DNA of 64,000 nucleotides from a virus (Duplodnaviria; Heunggongvirae; Uroviricota; Caudoviricetes): IMG/VR virus record IMGVR_UViG_3300042154_004306; one strand, 5' to 3'. Shown piece by piece: positions 46,387 to 54,223 of this stretch (position 1 is its first letter; each line of letters starts with the position of its first letter). The notes under the pieces were generated by a model. It saw only the letters and a program-made list of their open reading frames with translations, ran no database searches and was not told where the DNA came from. The position numbers and the translations under genes were made by a program.

Positions 46387-46480
46387 GTAACGTTTTGCGT
46401 ATATACGAGGTACGCCTTAACGAAAATTTTAAATTATAAACAAATGCTTGTAGGTGTATCTTGTATATACGCTGTTAGCA
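46387..46480. repeat. hairpin element
   Basis: ggtaacgttttGCGTATATACGAGG-loop-CTTGTATATACGCtgttagca. Confidence 0.65.
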
Positions 46481-46499
46481 GTATGTAAAAATTACGGAT

Positions 46500-46700
46500 A
46501 TGGAAAACAAATTAAATTACAAAGAGTGGGAAAATAAGTATTTTGAAAAGTTAACACACGATACTTGGACATCAATTTATGAAAAAGTAGAAATTGGATT
46601 CGCACCATCAGATTTATCACATTACAGTAAAAAAGACTTAAAAGAGTGTTATTCAAAATACTTAGATGGAACGGAAGATTTTCTTAAATACGAAGAGTAG
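46500..46700 (+). CDS. small hypothetical protein
   Basis: 66 aa. Confidence 0.4.
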   Translation: MENKLNYKEWENKYFEKLTHDTWTSIYEKVEIGFAPSDLSHYSKKDLKECYSKYLDGTEDFLKYEE

Positions 46701-46714
46701 TAATTTTTATTACT

Positions 46715-46808
46715 GCTAACGGTTTGCGTATATGAGAAGTGGCACTTGTAGAATGTTGAATTTTAGCACAAATGTTTATGTGCCATTTCTTATATACGCT
46801 GTTAGCAC
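46715..46808. repeat. hairpin element with 20-bp stem
   Basis: gctaacggttt-GCGTATATGAGAAGTGGCAC-loop-GTGCCATTTCTTATATACGC-tgttagca. Confidence 0.7.
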
Positions 46809-46869
46809 CAGTACGGTTTATTTAGCAGAATTTTAAAATTTGAATATTTATATATAAAATAAAAGGCAA

Positions 46870-47286
46870 ATGGAATTGAGAAAATTTATAAAAACCACCA
46901 TCAAAGAATACTTAAATGAACAAGTAAAAAATGATGGTTATATTTATCACGGAACTGGTAAAGGACAAGCAATGAATATACAGAACGATGGATATATGAA
47001 ACCAAATAGAACTGGTGAAGAGCAACCATCAATTAGTTTCACAAATGATTTAGACTATGCTAAATACTATGCAAAATCAAAGGGTGGAATTAGTAAAATG
47101 TGTATTTTAAGAACAAAATTGACTGATGATTATCAACTATCACCAAGAATAGTGAACAATAAAGGGGATGAATATATTACGTTTAAGCATGTACCATCAT
47201 CAGATTTGGAAGTAATGACTATGGGGGGTGGTTGGCAACCATTAGATAGTTGGAATGTAATCTTTGATGAACCATTAAATGCTTAA
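46870..47286 (+). CDS. possible ADP-ribosyltransferase-fold protein (diphtheria-toxin-like / Tpt1-like YHGT motif)
   Basis: 138 aa. GYIYHGTGKGQAMNIQNDGYMKP resembles DT SYHGTKPGYVDSIQKG; downstream SISFT, YAKYY and GDEYITF may be STS-like, Tyr and catalytic Glu elements. Confidence 0.3.
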   Translation: MELRKFIKTTIKEYLNEQVKNDGYIYHGTGKGQAMNIQNDGYMKPNRTGEEQPSISFTNDLDYAKYYAKSKGGISKMCILRTKLTDDYQLSPRIVNNKGDEYITFKHVPSSDLEVMTMGGGWQPLDSWNVIFDEPLNA

Positions 47287-47350
47287 TCAAAGCACTTCCG
47301 TAGTATTGGTGCTAACGTCTGATGATAAACAATCGTTTTAATGTTGTTTA
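47285..47350. repeat. hairpin element, ATCGTTTTAATG-loop subtype
   Basis: ggtgctaacgtct-GATGATAAACAA-tcgttttaatg-TTGTTTATCATC-tgttatatg. Confidence 0.6.
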
Positions 47351-47404
47351 TCATCTGTTATATGAATGTGTTATTTTTGTTTTACCGATTAAAAAAATAA
47401 ATTT

Positions 47405-47779
47405 ATGGAAAAGAAAATTATTATTGATGGTGTTGAATATGAGTTAACACCTAAGAAAGTTTTAACAGATGAAGAATTTGTTAAGTGTGTTTTAGAAAAA
47501 CACAAAATTGACTTTAATGTTGATGATATTGTTTGGTATAAAGGAAAGAGTATTAGAAAAGAATGTGGAGAAACCAAATTCAAAGTATTATCAATTGATC
47601 CGTATTTAATTGATGGGATAAGAGTTGATAATTACCTAAATGTTAATTTAGAAAGTCTAACATCTGGTAATAAAGTTAGTTTCTTCACATCACATTTGGA
47701 AAAATATAGTGATAAAGATTTTGTTAAGGAAATTATGATTGATGGAGTTGATTATGAATTAATACCAAAACAAAAATAA
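47405..47779 (+). CDS. hypothetical protein with internally duplicated IDGVDYELTPK motif
   Basis: 124 aa. N-terminal IIIDGVEYELTPKKV and C-terminal IMIDGVDYELIPKQK. Confidence 0.45.
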   Translation: MEKKIIIDGVEYELTPKKVLTDEEFVKCVLEKHKIDFNVDDIVWYKGKSIRKECGETKFKVLSIDPYLIDGIRVDNYLNVNLESLTSGNKVSFFTSHLEKYSDKDFVKEIMIDGVDYELIPKQK

Positions 47780-47782
47780 CAT

Positions 47783-47995
47783 TTCATATAACGTTATCCA
47801 AATAAGCGCAGTTTAACTAAATTGATATTCACCTGTAGTTTAACGTGGTAAAACACAATGACGATTAAACCGCCTCATAAGACCAATAAAAATTGGAACA
47901 GCTTATGCGAGTTTAATAAGAGTAAGCAAGTTCGAGCCTTGCTGGGTGGACTAAAAATTGCGCTTATTTGGTGTTATGGCATCGTTTTAATGTGC
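47783..47995. repeat. large hairpin element (about 140-nt loop) with nested ATCGTTTTAATG hairpin, immediately upstream of the recombinase gene
   Basis: catataacgttatCCAAATAAGCGCAg (47783-) pairs with TTGCGCTTATTTGGtgttat (47951-); then ggc-atcgttttaatg-tgccataac. Confidence 0.55.
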
Positions 47996-48031
47996 CATAA
48001 CTATCATATATAAACAAGTACTCTTAAACCA

Positions 48032-48844
48032 TTGATAATGAACAAAAAGGGATTACCAACTTTAAAAATTTGTGAACAAAAACTTAATTACTTAAACTAC
48101 TCAGCTCGAACCAAGGAGACCTATTTAAGCCATATAAGTAGATTCATTACCTCACAGACTAAATCAGCAGCACACCTAAATTCAAAAGATTTCCAATCTT
48201 ACCTGGATAATCATAAATTCACTTCAGTTTCTCAACAAAACCAGGTTATTAACGCTATTAGATTTCTGTATAAGTACGGACTTGATAAGAAATACGATAA
48301 GGTATCGTTTAAAAGACCCAAGGCCGAAAAGAAACTGCCTAGGGTAATTGATGGTGAGTTTATTAAGAGCAAACTTGCTAAAATACAAAACATTAAGCAC
48401 AGAGCTATACTAACTCTAACCTACTCGGTTGGCCTAAGGGTGTCTGAAATCGTAAACTTAAAAATCGAGGACATTGATTCCAAACGAATGATAATTCACA
48501 TTAAAAATGCAAAGGGTCGAAAGGATAGGATAGTTCCGCTGTCATTAACTGTTTTAACTTTGCTAAGAGAATATTTTAAAGAGTATAAACCTTCAGATTA
48601 TCTTTTTAATGGGCAAAATTCTTCATTGTATTCAATACGAAGCTGTCAGCAAATTTATAAAAAATACATTGATGACGGGTCATCCATACATACACTAAGA
48701 CATTCCTCTTTCACTAACCTATTAGAATCAGGAACTGATTTAAGAATTATCCAAAAAATAGCAGGTCATTCCAGCTCTAAAACAACAGAAATTTACACAC
48801 ACGTCTCAAATAGTCTTTTAAGTAGGGTAAAACTTCCAATTTAA
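48032..48844 (+). CDS. tyrosine recombinase (phage integrase / XerCD family)
   Basis: 270 aa. Catalytic-domain motifs LRHSSFTNLLESGTDLRIIQKIAGHSSSKTTEIYTHV (R..H..R..Y). Confidence 0.8.
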   Translation: MIMNKKGLPTLKICEQKLNYLNYSARTKETYLSHISRFITSQTKSAAHLNSKDFQSYLDNHKFTSVSQQNQVINAIRFLYKYGLDKKYDKVSFKRPKAEKKLPRVIDGEFIKSKLAKIQNIKHRAILTLTYSVGLRVSEIVNLKIEDIDSKRMIIHIKNAKGRKDRIVPLSLTVLTLLREYFKEYKPSDYLFNGQNSSLYSIRSCQQIYKKYIDDGSSIHTLRHSSFTNLLESGTDLRIIQKIAGHSSSKTTEIYTHVSNSLLSRVKLPI

Positions 48845-48901
48845 TTTTTTTACCCCGAAAATTTTACTTAGCATTGCGGTAGAACAATTAAAATACCAAC
48901 T

Positions 48902-49084
48902 ATGCTAGTAGACATATCAAAGAGAGAAGAAGAAGTTCTTTCCGTAATTAGGGAGGGTAAAAAATATAACGAGGGAAACTTCGAGATTCTATACATCGAA
49001 TTTTCAACCGAGATTAAAACCCTGGTTGAAGCAGCAAAGATTTATATCCTGGATAACTATAAAAAGGTGAAGATATTGAAGTAA
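48902..49084 (+). CDS. small hypothetical protein
   Basis: 60 aa. Confidence 0.35.
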   Translation: MLVDISKREEEVLSVIREGKKYNEGNFEILYIEFSTEIKTLVEAAKIYILDNYKKVKILK

Positions 49085-49112
49085 ATTAAAAACAATAACT
49101 GATGTTGACACG

Positions 49113-49140
49113 AATTGGCAGCTTAACGGCTGCCTTTTTT
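49113..49140 (+). terminator. rho-independent terminator
   Basis: ggcagc-ttaacg-gctgcc followed by tttttttt. Confidence 0.65.
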
Positions 49141-49195
49141 TTGATAATATGTAAAATGAAACGCTATTAATTTGTAAAATTGGTATAATATAATT

Positions 49196-49927
49196 ATGAA
49201 ATTAATATCTCACACCGAAGATTTACCAATGATAACGTACTCACTGTACGAGGTTGCCCCAAAAATTTACGCTGTGCAAGTGACCGATGATTACGATAGA
49301 GCAATGCTCTTTTTGAGAGCTCAAGAGTACTATGAGTCTGCATTTCCGGAGTTTAGAGGCCGTAACTTCAATATCTTTGCCTATATGAATCGCTACCGAA
49401 AGCACTGGGGCAAGGATCACTTTTCCTATCCGGCTGATTGGTCAGGCTACAATGTGCCAAGTAATGAGGTCGAGGGCTGTTACGATCAGTTAGACTATGA
49501 TGACATGGTTACGCCGTACGACGAACACATGATGAATATCTTATGGTGCATTCGTCAACACCAACGAAGAGGTAATTTTTACCTACTTGGAGTCGACTCA
49601 TTGGATTCATGGGTAATGGATCACGAGATGGCACATGCAAAGTTCTTCACCGATCCGGAATACAAAGCGGCCATGACCGGTCTGCTGAAGCAGGTGCCGA
49701 CCAAATTGACCGAATCATTGAATGAATTCTTAATCAAGGAAGGCTATCCGGAAAAGGTACTAGCTGACGAGACTCAAGCCTATTTAGCGACCGGTCTGCA
49801 TGATGGAATGGATAAACTCAAGGGAATTAAAACCTGGGAAAAGAAGTTCAGTAAAATTTTTAAACAGTACAATGGCAAACAAAGTAATAACACTCGAGCT
49901 AAACAGCAAGCAGCAAAAGAAGTTTGA
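49196..49927 (+). CDS. hypothetical protein with HExxH motif
   Basis: 243 aa. WVMDHEMAHAKF (HEMAH) suggests a Zn-metallopeptidase-like fold. Confidence 0.4.
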   Translation: MKLISHTEDLPMITYSLYEVAPKIYAVQVTDDYDRAMLFLRAQEYYESAFPEFRGRNFNIFAYMNRYRKHWGKDHFSYPADWSGYNVPSNEVEGCYDQLDYDDMVTPYDEHMMNILWCIRQHQRRGNFYLLGVDSLDSWVMDHEMAHAKFFTDPEYKAAMTGLLKQVPTKLTESLNEFLIKEGYPEKVLADETQAYLATGLHDGMDKLKGIKTWEKKFSKIFKQYNGKQSNNTRAKQQAAKEV

Positions 49928-50075
49928 TAAGTTGTGCACTCACATCAAAGCCATTTATGGAGAGATTGGACTCCTAACCTGGTCGATTACACCAAATGGA
50001 ATCGGAGAAGGTATTGAAGTATACTCACATACTGCAAGGGTAAAAATAGACTTAACTGATGTCGATAGCTGGTAA
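49872..50075 (+). CDS. small hypothetical protein (start MANKVITLEL)
   Basis: Trimmed from track ORF 49800. Confidence 0.3.
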   Translation: MANKVITLELNSKQQKKFDKLCTHIKAIYGEIGLLTWSITPNGIGEGIEVYSHTARVKIDLTDVDSW

Positions 50076-50379
50076 AGAACTCTGCGCCTGCGGAAAGATT
50101 GCGACCTGGTGCTATGGGCCAGGATATGCCGAAGGCGGAAATCCAAGTTCGTGCGATGATTGCGTACATAGAGGATGCAGCTGTAATCACTATTCAGTTG
50201 ATGTGAATGCGTATCATCCGCCGTTAAGTGCTTCGATTTTACCGGAAGGAAAGGCAGGAGTTGACTGGAAGTGGATAGAGAAAGATGCGATATGGACTGA
50301 TATTGACGAGAAAGGCAGAGAATATCCATGCTGCGAGTACATGCATTCTGAAGATGGATGGGATATTGAAACTACTTAA
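50059..50379 (+). CDS. Cys-rich small protein
   Basis: 106 aa with CxC ... CDDCVHRGCSCNH ... CCEYMH. Confidence 0.4.
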   Translation: MSIAGKELCACGKIATWCYGPGYAEGGNPSSCDDCVHRGCSCNHYSVDVNAYHPPLSASILPEGKAGVDWKWIEKDAIWTDIDEKGREYPCCEYMHSEDGWDIETT

Positions 50380-50410
50380 CACTGAAGACTATTATACAGG
50401 TAAATCAGCA

Positions 50411-50590
50411 TAATACAAAGAAGAATCGCTTGTACATAGTAATAAATCGGCTAAACAAATTTGGAAAGCTGACGACATTAAGTTAAAAATAGCAAAATCA
50501 CTTGGGTATAATATACATGTCGTGTGGGAAACAGATTATCTTAAAAACAAGATTGAAATAACTAATCGGTGCTTAACTTTTTTAAATGGA
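50411..50590 (+). pseudogene. remnant of a DUF559/Vsr-like endonuclease C-terminus (no start codon)
   Basis: Frame encodes ...KIAKSLGYNIHVVWETDYLKNKIEITNRCLTFL, similar to the C-terminus of ORF 14687 (SYGYETIIIWTDCDLL) and to the GxxVxRxW(E/N)xE motif. Confidence 0.4.
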
Positions 50591-52331
50591 AAAACATAAT
50601 TATATAGATGAAGTACAAAGATATGTGAAGTTTAAATATCCTCAAACTTTTAAGTTTAGACCTCAACAGTTTGAAGCAATTTGTGAAATGCTAAAATCAT
50701 ACGATGAAGACCCAAATTCAGTATTTTTACTAGATTGCCCAACAGGTGGAGGCAAAAGTATCATAGCTATGATATTTGCGGGTGTTTTAACAGAAAGAGG
50801 CAATCGAGGCTATATTTTAGCCTCTGACCTTTCTCTACACGAACAGTACGTGAAAGATTTTCGTAAAATGCAGCTCTGGAATTGGGGCAACATCAAGGGC
50901 GTTGATAATTACACATGCTCAGTAAACGGAGAAAAATTCTCGGTCGGTGAATGTAAAAACAAGGGTACAACCTATGAAGCAGCGGAATCTTTGCCTTGTT
51001 TTAAGCATTGTGGTTACTTAACTTCACGTAAAAAGTCAATCAAATCACCAGTTACGCTGTTAACCTATCCCTATGCTCTGATTCAGAGAAATTACGTTGA
51101 GCAACAGCAACAGAGAACAGGTAGAGGCTCACCATTTCCACAAAGAGATTTCGTGATATGCGATGAGGCTCACAAACTCCTAGATATTGTACAGAGCCAT
51201 TTCAGCCCAATCGTTTCAACTGAAATAGTCGGTAAAACTCAAAAATTAGTTGAAGGTTTGGGAGATATTGGACAAAGGCCGCCATCTGTTGACTTCAAGC
51301 GATTGGAAAAGGCAATCAATTTAATTTACGAGCACGAAGATCATTCAACTCTACTTAAACTGCTTAGAGAAGTGACCAGGCTGCTAGCCGACTTGGTAAA
51401 GTCAACCTCACAAATCAGAGAAAACGCGGCAGAGGAGTTCGTTGATGAAAGCCTTCCAATGGAATGGCTTGCCGTTTTTAATCTTGCGGATTGGGTGAAG
51501 GACGTTCACTGTAAACTAGAAGACTACTGTGAAATTATTGACAAGGTAGGCCTTGAAAAGCTTGTAAAGAATCCTGGAGAGAAATCAATCACATTTAACT
51601 GTATTGATGAGTACTACTTACTACAAAAACACTTCTTTACGAAATTCGGGTTTAAATTACTGATGACTGCAACAATGGGAGGAGCTGGAGACTTCATGAG
51701 AAATCACGGAATCAAAAAGGCACAGTACTTCAAGATTGAAAGCAACTTCAATTGGGAGCGTTCACCGATCATTTTTTATCCAGGTAAGAAAATGTCAGCC
51801 AGATTCTTGACTGAAAATTTACAGTGGGCAATAGACACGGTTACCCGAATCATTCGTGAGCACTCTGAGGACTCAGGTATCATCCATTCCGGTTCTTATG
51901 AATTGAATACTAAGATTTTCGATGGCCTTCCCAAGGATGTCAAGAAACGCATTCTGCTCTATAAAGGCTCTGGTGAAAAGGAACTTGCACTAAAGAAAAT
52001 GATTAAAAAGAAGGGTATGGTCCTGATGGGACCGTCAATTCTTGAGGGTCTGAACATGGTCGACGATCAGAGTCGATTCCAAATATTCTTAAAGGTGCCG
52101 TATCCTCACCTTGGTGATAAGTATGTTGCTGCGAAGTTGGAGTACAGCCAAAAATGGTACAACTGGAAGACCGAAGTTAGTATTGCTCAAGGAATTGGTA
52201 GGTCAATCCGAACCCCAAATGATTGGGCTATAACATATTTCTTAGATGGGTGTCTAGCTGATGTATTAAGAGACCCAACTGCGTTAACTGGATCAAATTT
52301 TAGAGAAAGACTAAGAGTTGAATATAGGTAA
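50586..52331 (+). CDS. superfamily 2 DNA helicase (DinG/Rad3-like; DEAH box)
   Basis: 581 aa. Motif I LDCPTGGGKS, motif II VICDEAHKLLD, C-terminal helicase motifs. Confidence 0.65.
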   Translation: MEKHNYIDEVQRYVKFKYPQTFKFRPQQFEAICEMLKSYDEDPNSVFLLDCPTGGGKSIIAMIFAGVLTERGNRGYILASDLSLHEQYVKDFRKMQLWNWGNIKGVDNYTCSVNGEKFSVGECKNKGTTYEAAESLPCFKHCGYLTSRKKSIKSPVTLLTYPYALIQRNYVEQQQQRTGRGSPFPQRDFVICDEAHKLLDIVQSHFSPIVSTEIVGKTQKLVEGLGDIGQRPPSVDFKRLEKAINLIYEHEDHSTLLKLLREVTRLLADLVKSTSQIRENAAEEFVDESLPMEWLAVFNLADWVKDVHCKLEDYCEIIDKVGLEKLVKNPGEKSITFNCIDEYYLLQKHFFTKFGFKLLMTATMGGAGDFMRNHGIKKAQYFKIESNFNWERSPIIFYPGKKMSARFLTENLQWAIDTVTRIIREHSEDSGIIHSGSYELNTKIFDGLPKDVKKRILLYKGSGEKELALKKMIKKKGMVLMGPSILEGLNMVDDQSRFQIFLKVPYPHLGDKYVAAKLEYSQKWYNWKTEVSIAQGIGRSIRTPNDWAITYFLDGCLADVLRDPTALTGSNFRERLRVEYR

Positions 52332-52400
52332 GACGGCTATGTGATAAATAATAAAAAATAAATGTCACGTGCACGTATATAAAATTACAAATCGAGTATA

Positions 52401-52808
52401 ATGTCAATAATCAATTGGGACCTGCACCACAAGGTCAATGGAACCAACTCAAGGATCGAAACTAGTTTTAAAAGTTTCATGGTCAATGAAGCAAAGGCTC
52501 CAGAATCGCTAGAGGATTTCGCAAAGAACCGACTTACTGGTGCCGCAAAGATCACACAAAATGCAAAAGAAACGGGCGGAGACGCTCTTCTTACATATCA
52601 ACATTTCAAAGTTAAATTGCCGTATTACAAAAAGGCTGCTGCTGGTAAATTTGACGTTGCTGATGCAAAAAAAGAATTAGCTGAACACTTAAAGACGATT
52701 GACGGTTCACCGAAAGCCATTAAATTAAAACAAATGGAATTTCAGAGAATCGTCGGTCAGATTGAAGTATTAGGAGAATTAATTATTAAGTACAATGAAA
52801 TACATTAA
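52401..52808 (+). CDS. hypothetical protein (internal FKSFMVNEA resembles the leader motif)
   Basis: 135 aa. Confidence 0.4.
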   Translation: MSIINWDLHHKVNGTNSRIETSFKSFMVNEAKAPESLEDFAKNRLTGAAKITQNAKETGGDALLTYQHFKVKLPYYKKAAAGKFDVADAKKELAEHLKTIDGSPKAIKLKQMEFQRIVGQIEVLGELIIKYNEIH

Positions 52809-53367
52809 ACTATTTGAGGAATTTGAAGACGACTTTGAAATAACTCATCAACCTGACAGAAACGAAGATCCAAACCCAAACGGCATTGATGTTGGAGATT
52901 CAGTAAACTCATACAGAGGAATGGGAGAAGTGGTTGCGATCGAGGGAGAATCAGCAAAGGTAAAATTGCACAATTCAAAAGAGAACATTGCAACTGTGCC
53001 GTTATTCTCACTAGAGAAGATTGACAAGGGAGAGATTGAGTCTCACAAAGTTAGAGATACTCAGGCTGATTTGCAGGCTCTATTGAACTCTGCTCAAGAC
53101 TACTATAATTATCTAAAGAACGAATCTGAGTACGTTGAGTCTGATGAGGAATTTGTGGCCAAGGTGGACGCTGAAAAAATTTATGAACTGCTTGAGGAAA
53201 TCTTGATTGACGTAATGGCAATGTTTAGAAACGATAACTCAACCAGTGAGTACCGGGAGTACTCGGAACTTGTTTCTATGTACTCACTGCTAGCTGATGC
53301 ACTTACTGCAATCGCACCAGAATACAAAGAAAAGGTTGACACGTTATACGCGCACTTTCCTGGATAA
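52795..53367 (+). CDS. hypothetical acidic protein with leader MKYIKLFEEFEDD
   Basis: 190 aa, leader family. Confidence 0.6.
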   Translation: MKYIKLFEEFEDDFEITHQPDRNEDPNPNGIDVGDSVNSYRGMGEVVAIEGESAKVKLHNSKENIATVPLFSLEKIDKGEIESHKVRDTQADLQALLNSAQDYYNYLKNESEYVESDEEFVAKVDAEKIYELLEEILIDVMAMFRNDNSTSEYREYSELVSMYSLLADALTAIAPEYKEKVDTLYAHFPG

Positions 53368-53382
53368 AAATAAGTAATAACA

Positions 53383-54168
53383 ATGATAAAAACATTTAAG
53401 CAATTCATACTTGAAAGCCTTACTAGAGAAGACCAGATCCGACTCAGAGAACTTGGAATGCCTACAATTGATCTTGAGCAGTTAGCTAACGGATTCGGCG
53501 GCAAGGTCGAAGATGGAGTGCTTAAACTTGAGTCAGAATGGGACACGGACCTTGAAGATTATGGAATAGATTCTGAAAAGTATCAAGAGGTTACACGAAA
53601 ATTTTGGAATAGGATTACGATTTCAATAGACTTCGATAATTCAACAATTAAAGCAGAAGGGTTCATCAGCCAAAAGGACATGGGTCTTTCGGAAACATTT
53701 AAGCTTGATGATCTTGACTGGGGCGAATTTTTCCAAAACGGAGATCCTAGTTCAATGCAGACTGACGAGATTGCAGAAGAGATTGAGCTGGCTATGACGC
53801 TGTTGCACGGATACGAAGATTCTGTCGGATTTTTTGAAAAAGCTAGAGAAATCGTTAGCAATTCGTTAGCCTCAAAGTACGATCGGCGGATGATGAAGAT
53901 GAGGATTGGCGATGATGACGTATCAGAAAAGAAGAAACTTAAGTTTCATCACAGTGATGCTCCCGACGCAAAGGGTCGATTCAAAGAACTTGGAGTTCAA
54001 AAATTAGCAGATTGGCTAATCCGAACTAGGGGAGGTAACATGCAAAAGATAACAGGTTCACTAAACCAGCAAATCAACTTCAATAAGAAAAAGAATCCAT
54101 CGTATGCAAAGAAGATGGAATCAACTCGAGAAGCGGTCAAACGAAAGTTAGCAAAAAGAAATAAATAA
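53383..54168 (+). CDS. hypothetical protein with leader MIKTFKQFILES
   Basis: 261 aa, leader family. Confidence 0.55.
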   Translation: MIKTFKQFILESLTREDQIRLRELGMPTIDLEQLANGFGGKVEDGVLKLESEWDTDLEDYGIDSEKYQEVTRKFWNRITISIDFDNSTIKAEGFISQKDMGLSETFKLDDLDWGEFFQNGDPSSMQTDEIAEEIELAMTLLHGYEDSVGFFEKAREIVSNSLASKYDRRMMKMRIGDDDVSEKKKLKFHHSDAPDAKGRFKELGVQKLADWLIRTRGGNMQKITGSLNQQINFNKKKNPSYAKKMESTREAVKRKLAKRNK

Positions 54169-54223
54169 ACCACGAAATCCACATCGGGCAATAATAAATA
54201 ACAAAAAAAGAGTTTATATAGAA

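Noticed and set aside
46291-46488. 65-aa track ORF overlapping the end of ORF 46122 and a hairpin element
   Set aside because: Alternative frame across a structured repeat; no conserved features.
40700-48000. CRISPR array
   Set aside because: The repeats are hairpins of variable length and sequence with conserved ends only, separated by protein-coding ORFs of 60-140 codons. There are no constant-length direct repeats or spacers.
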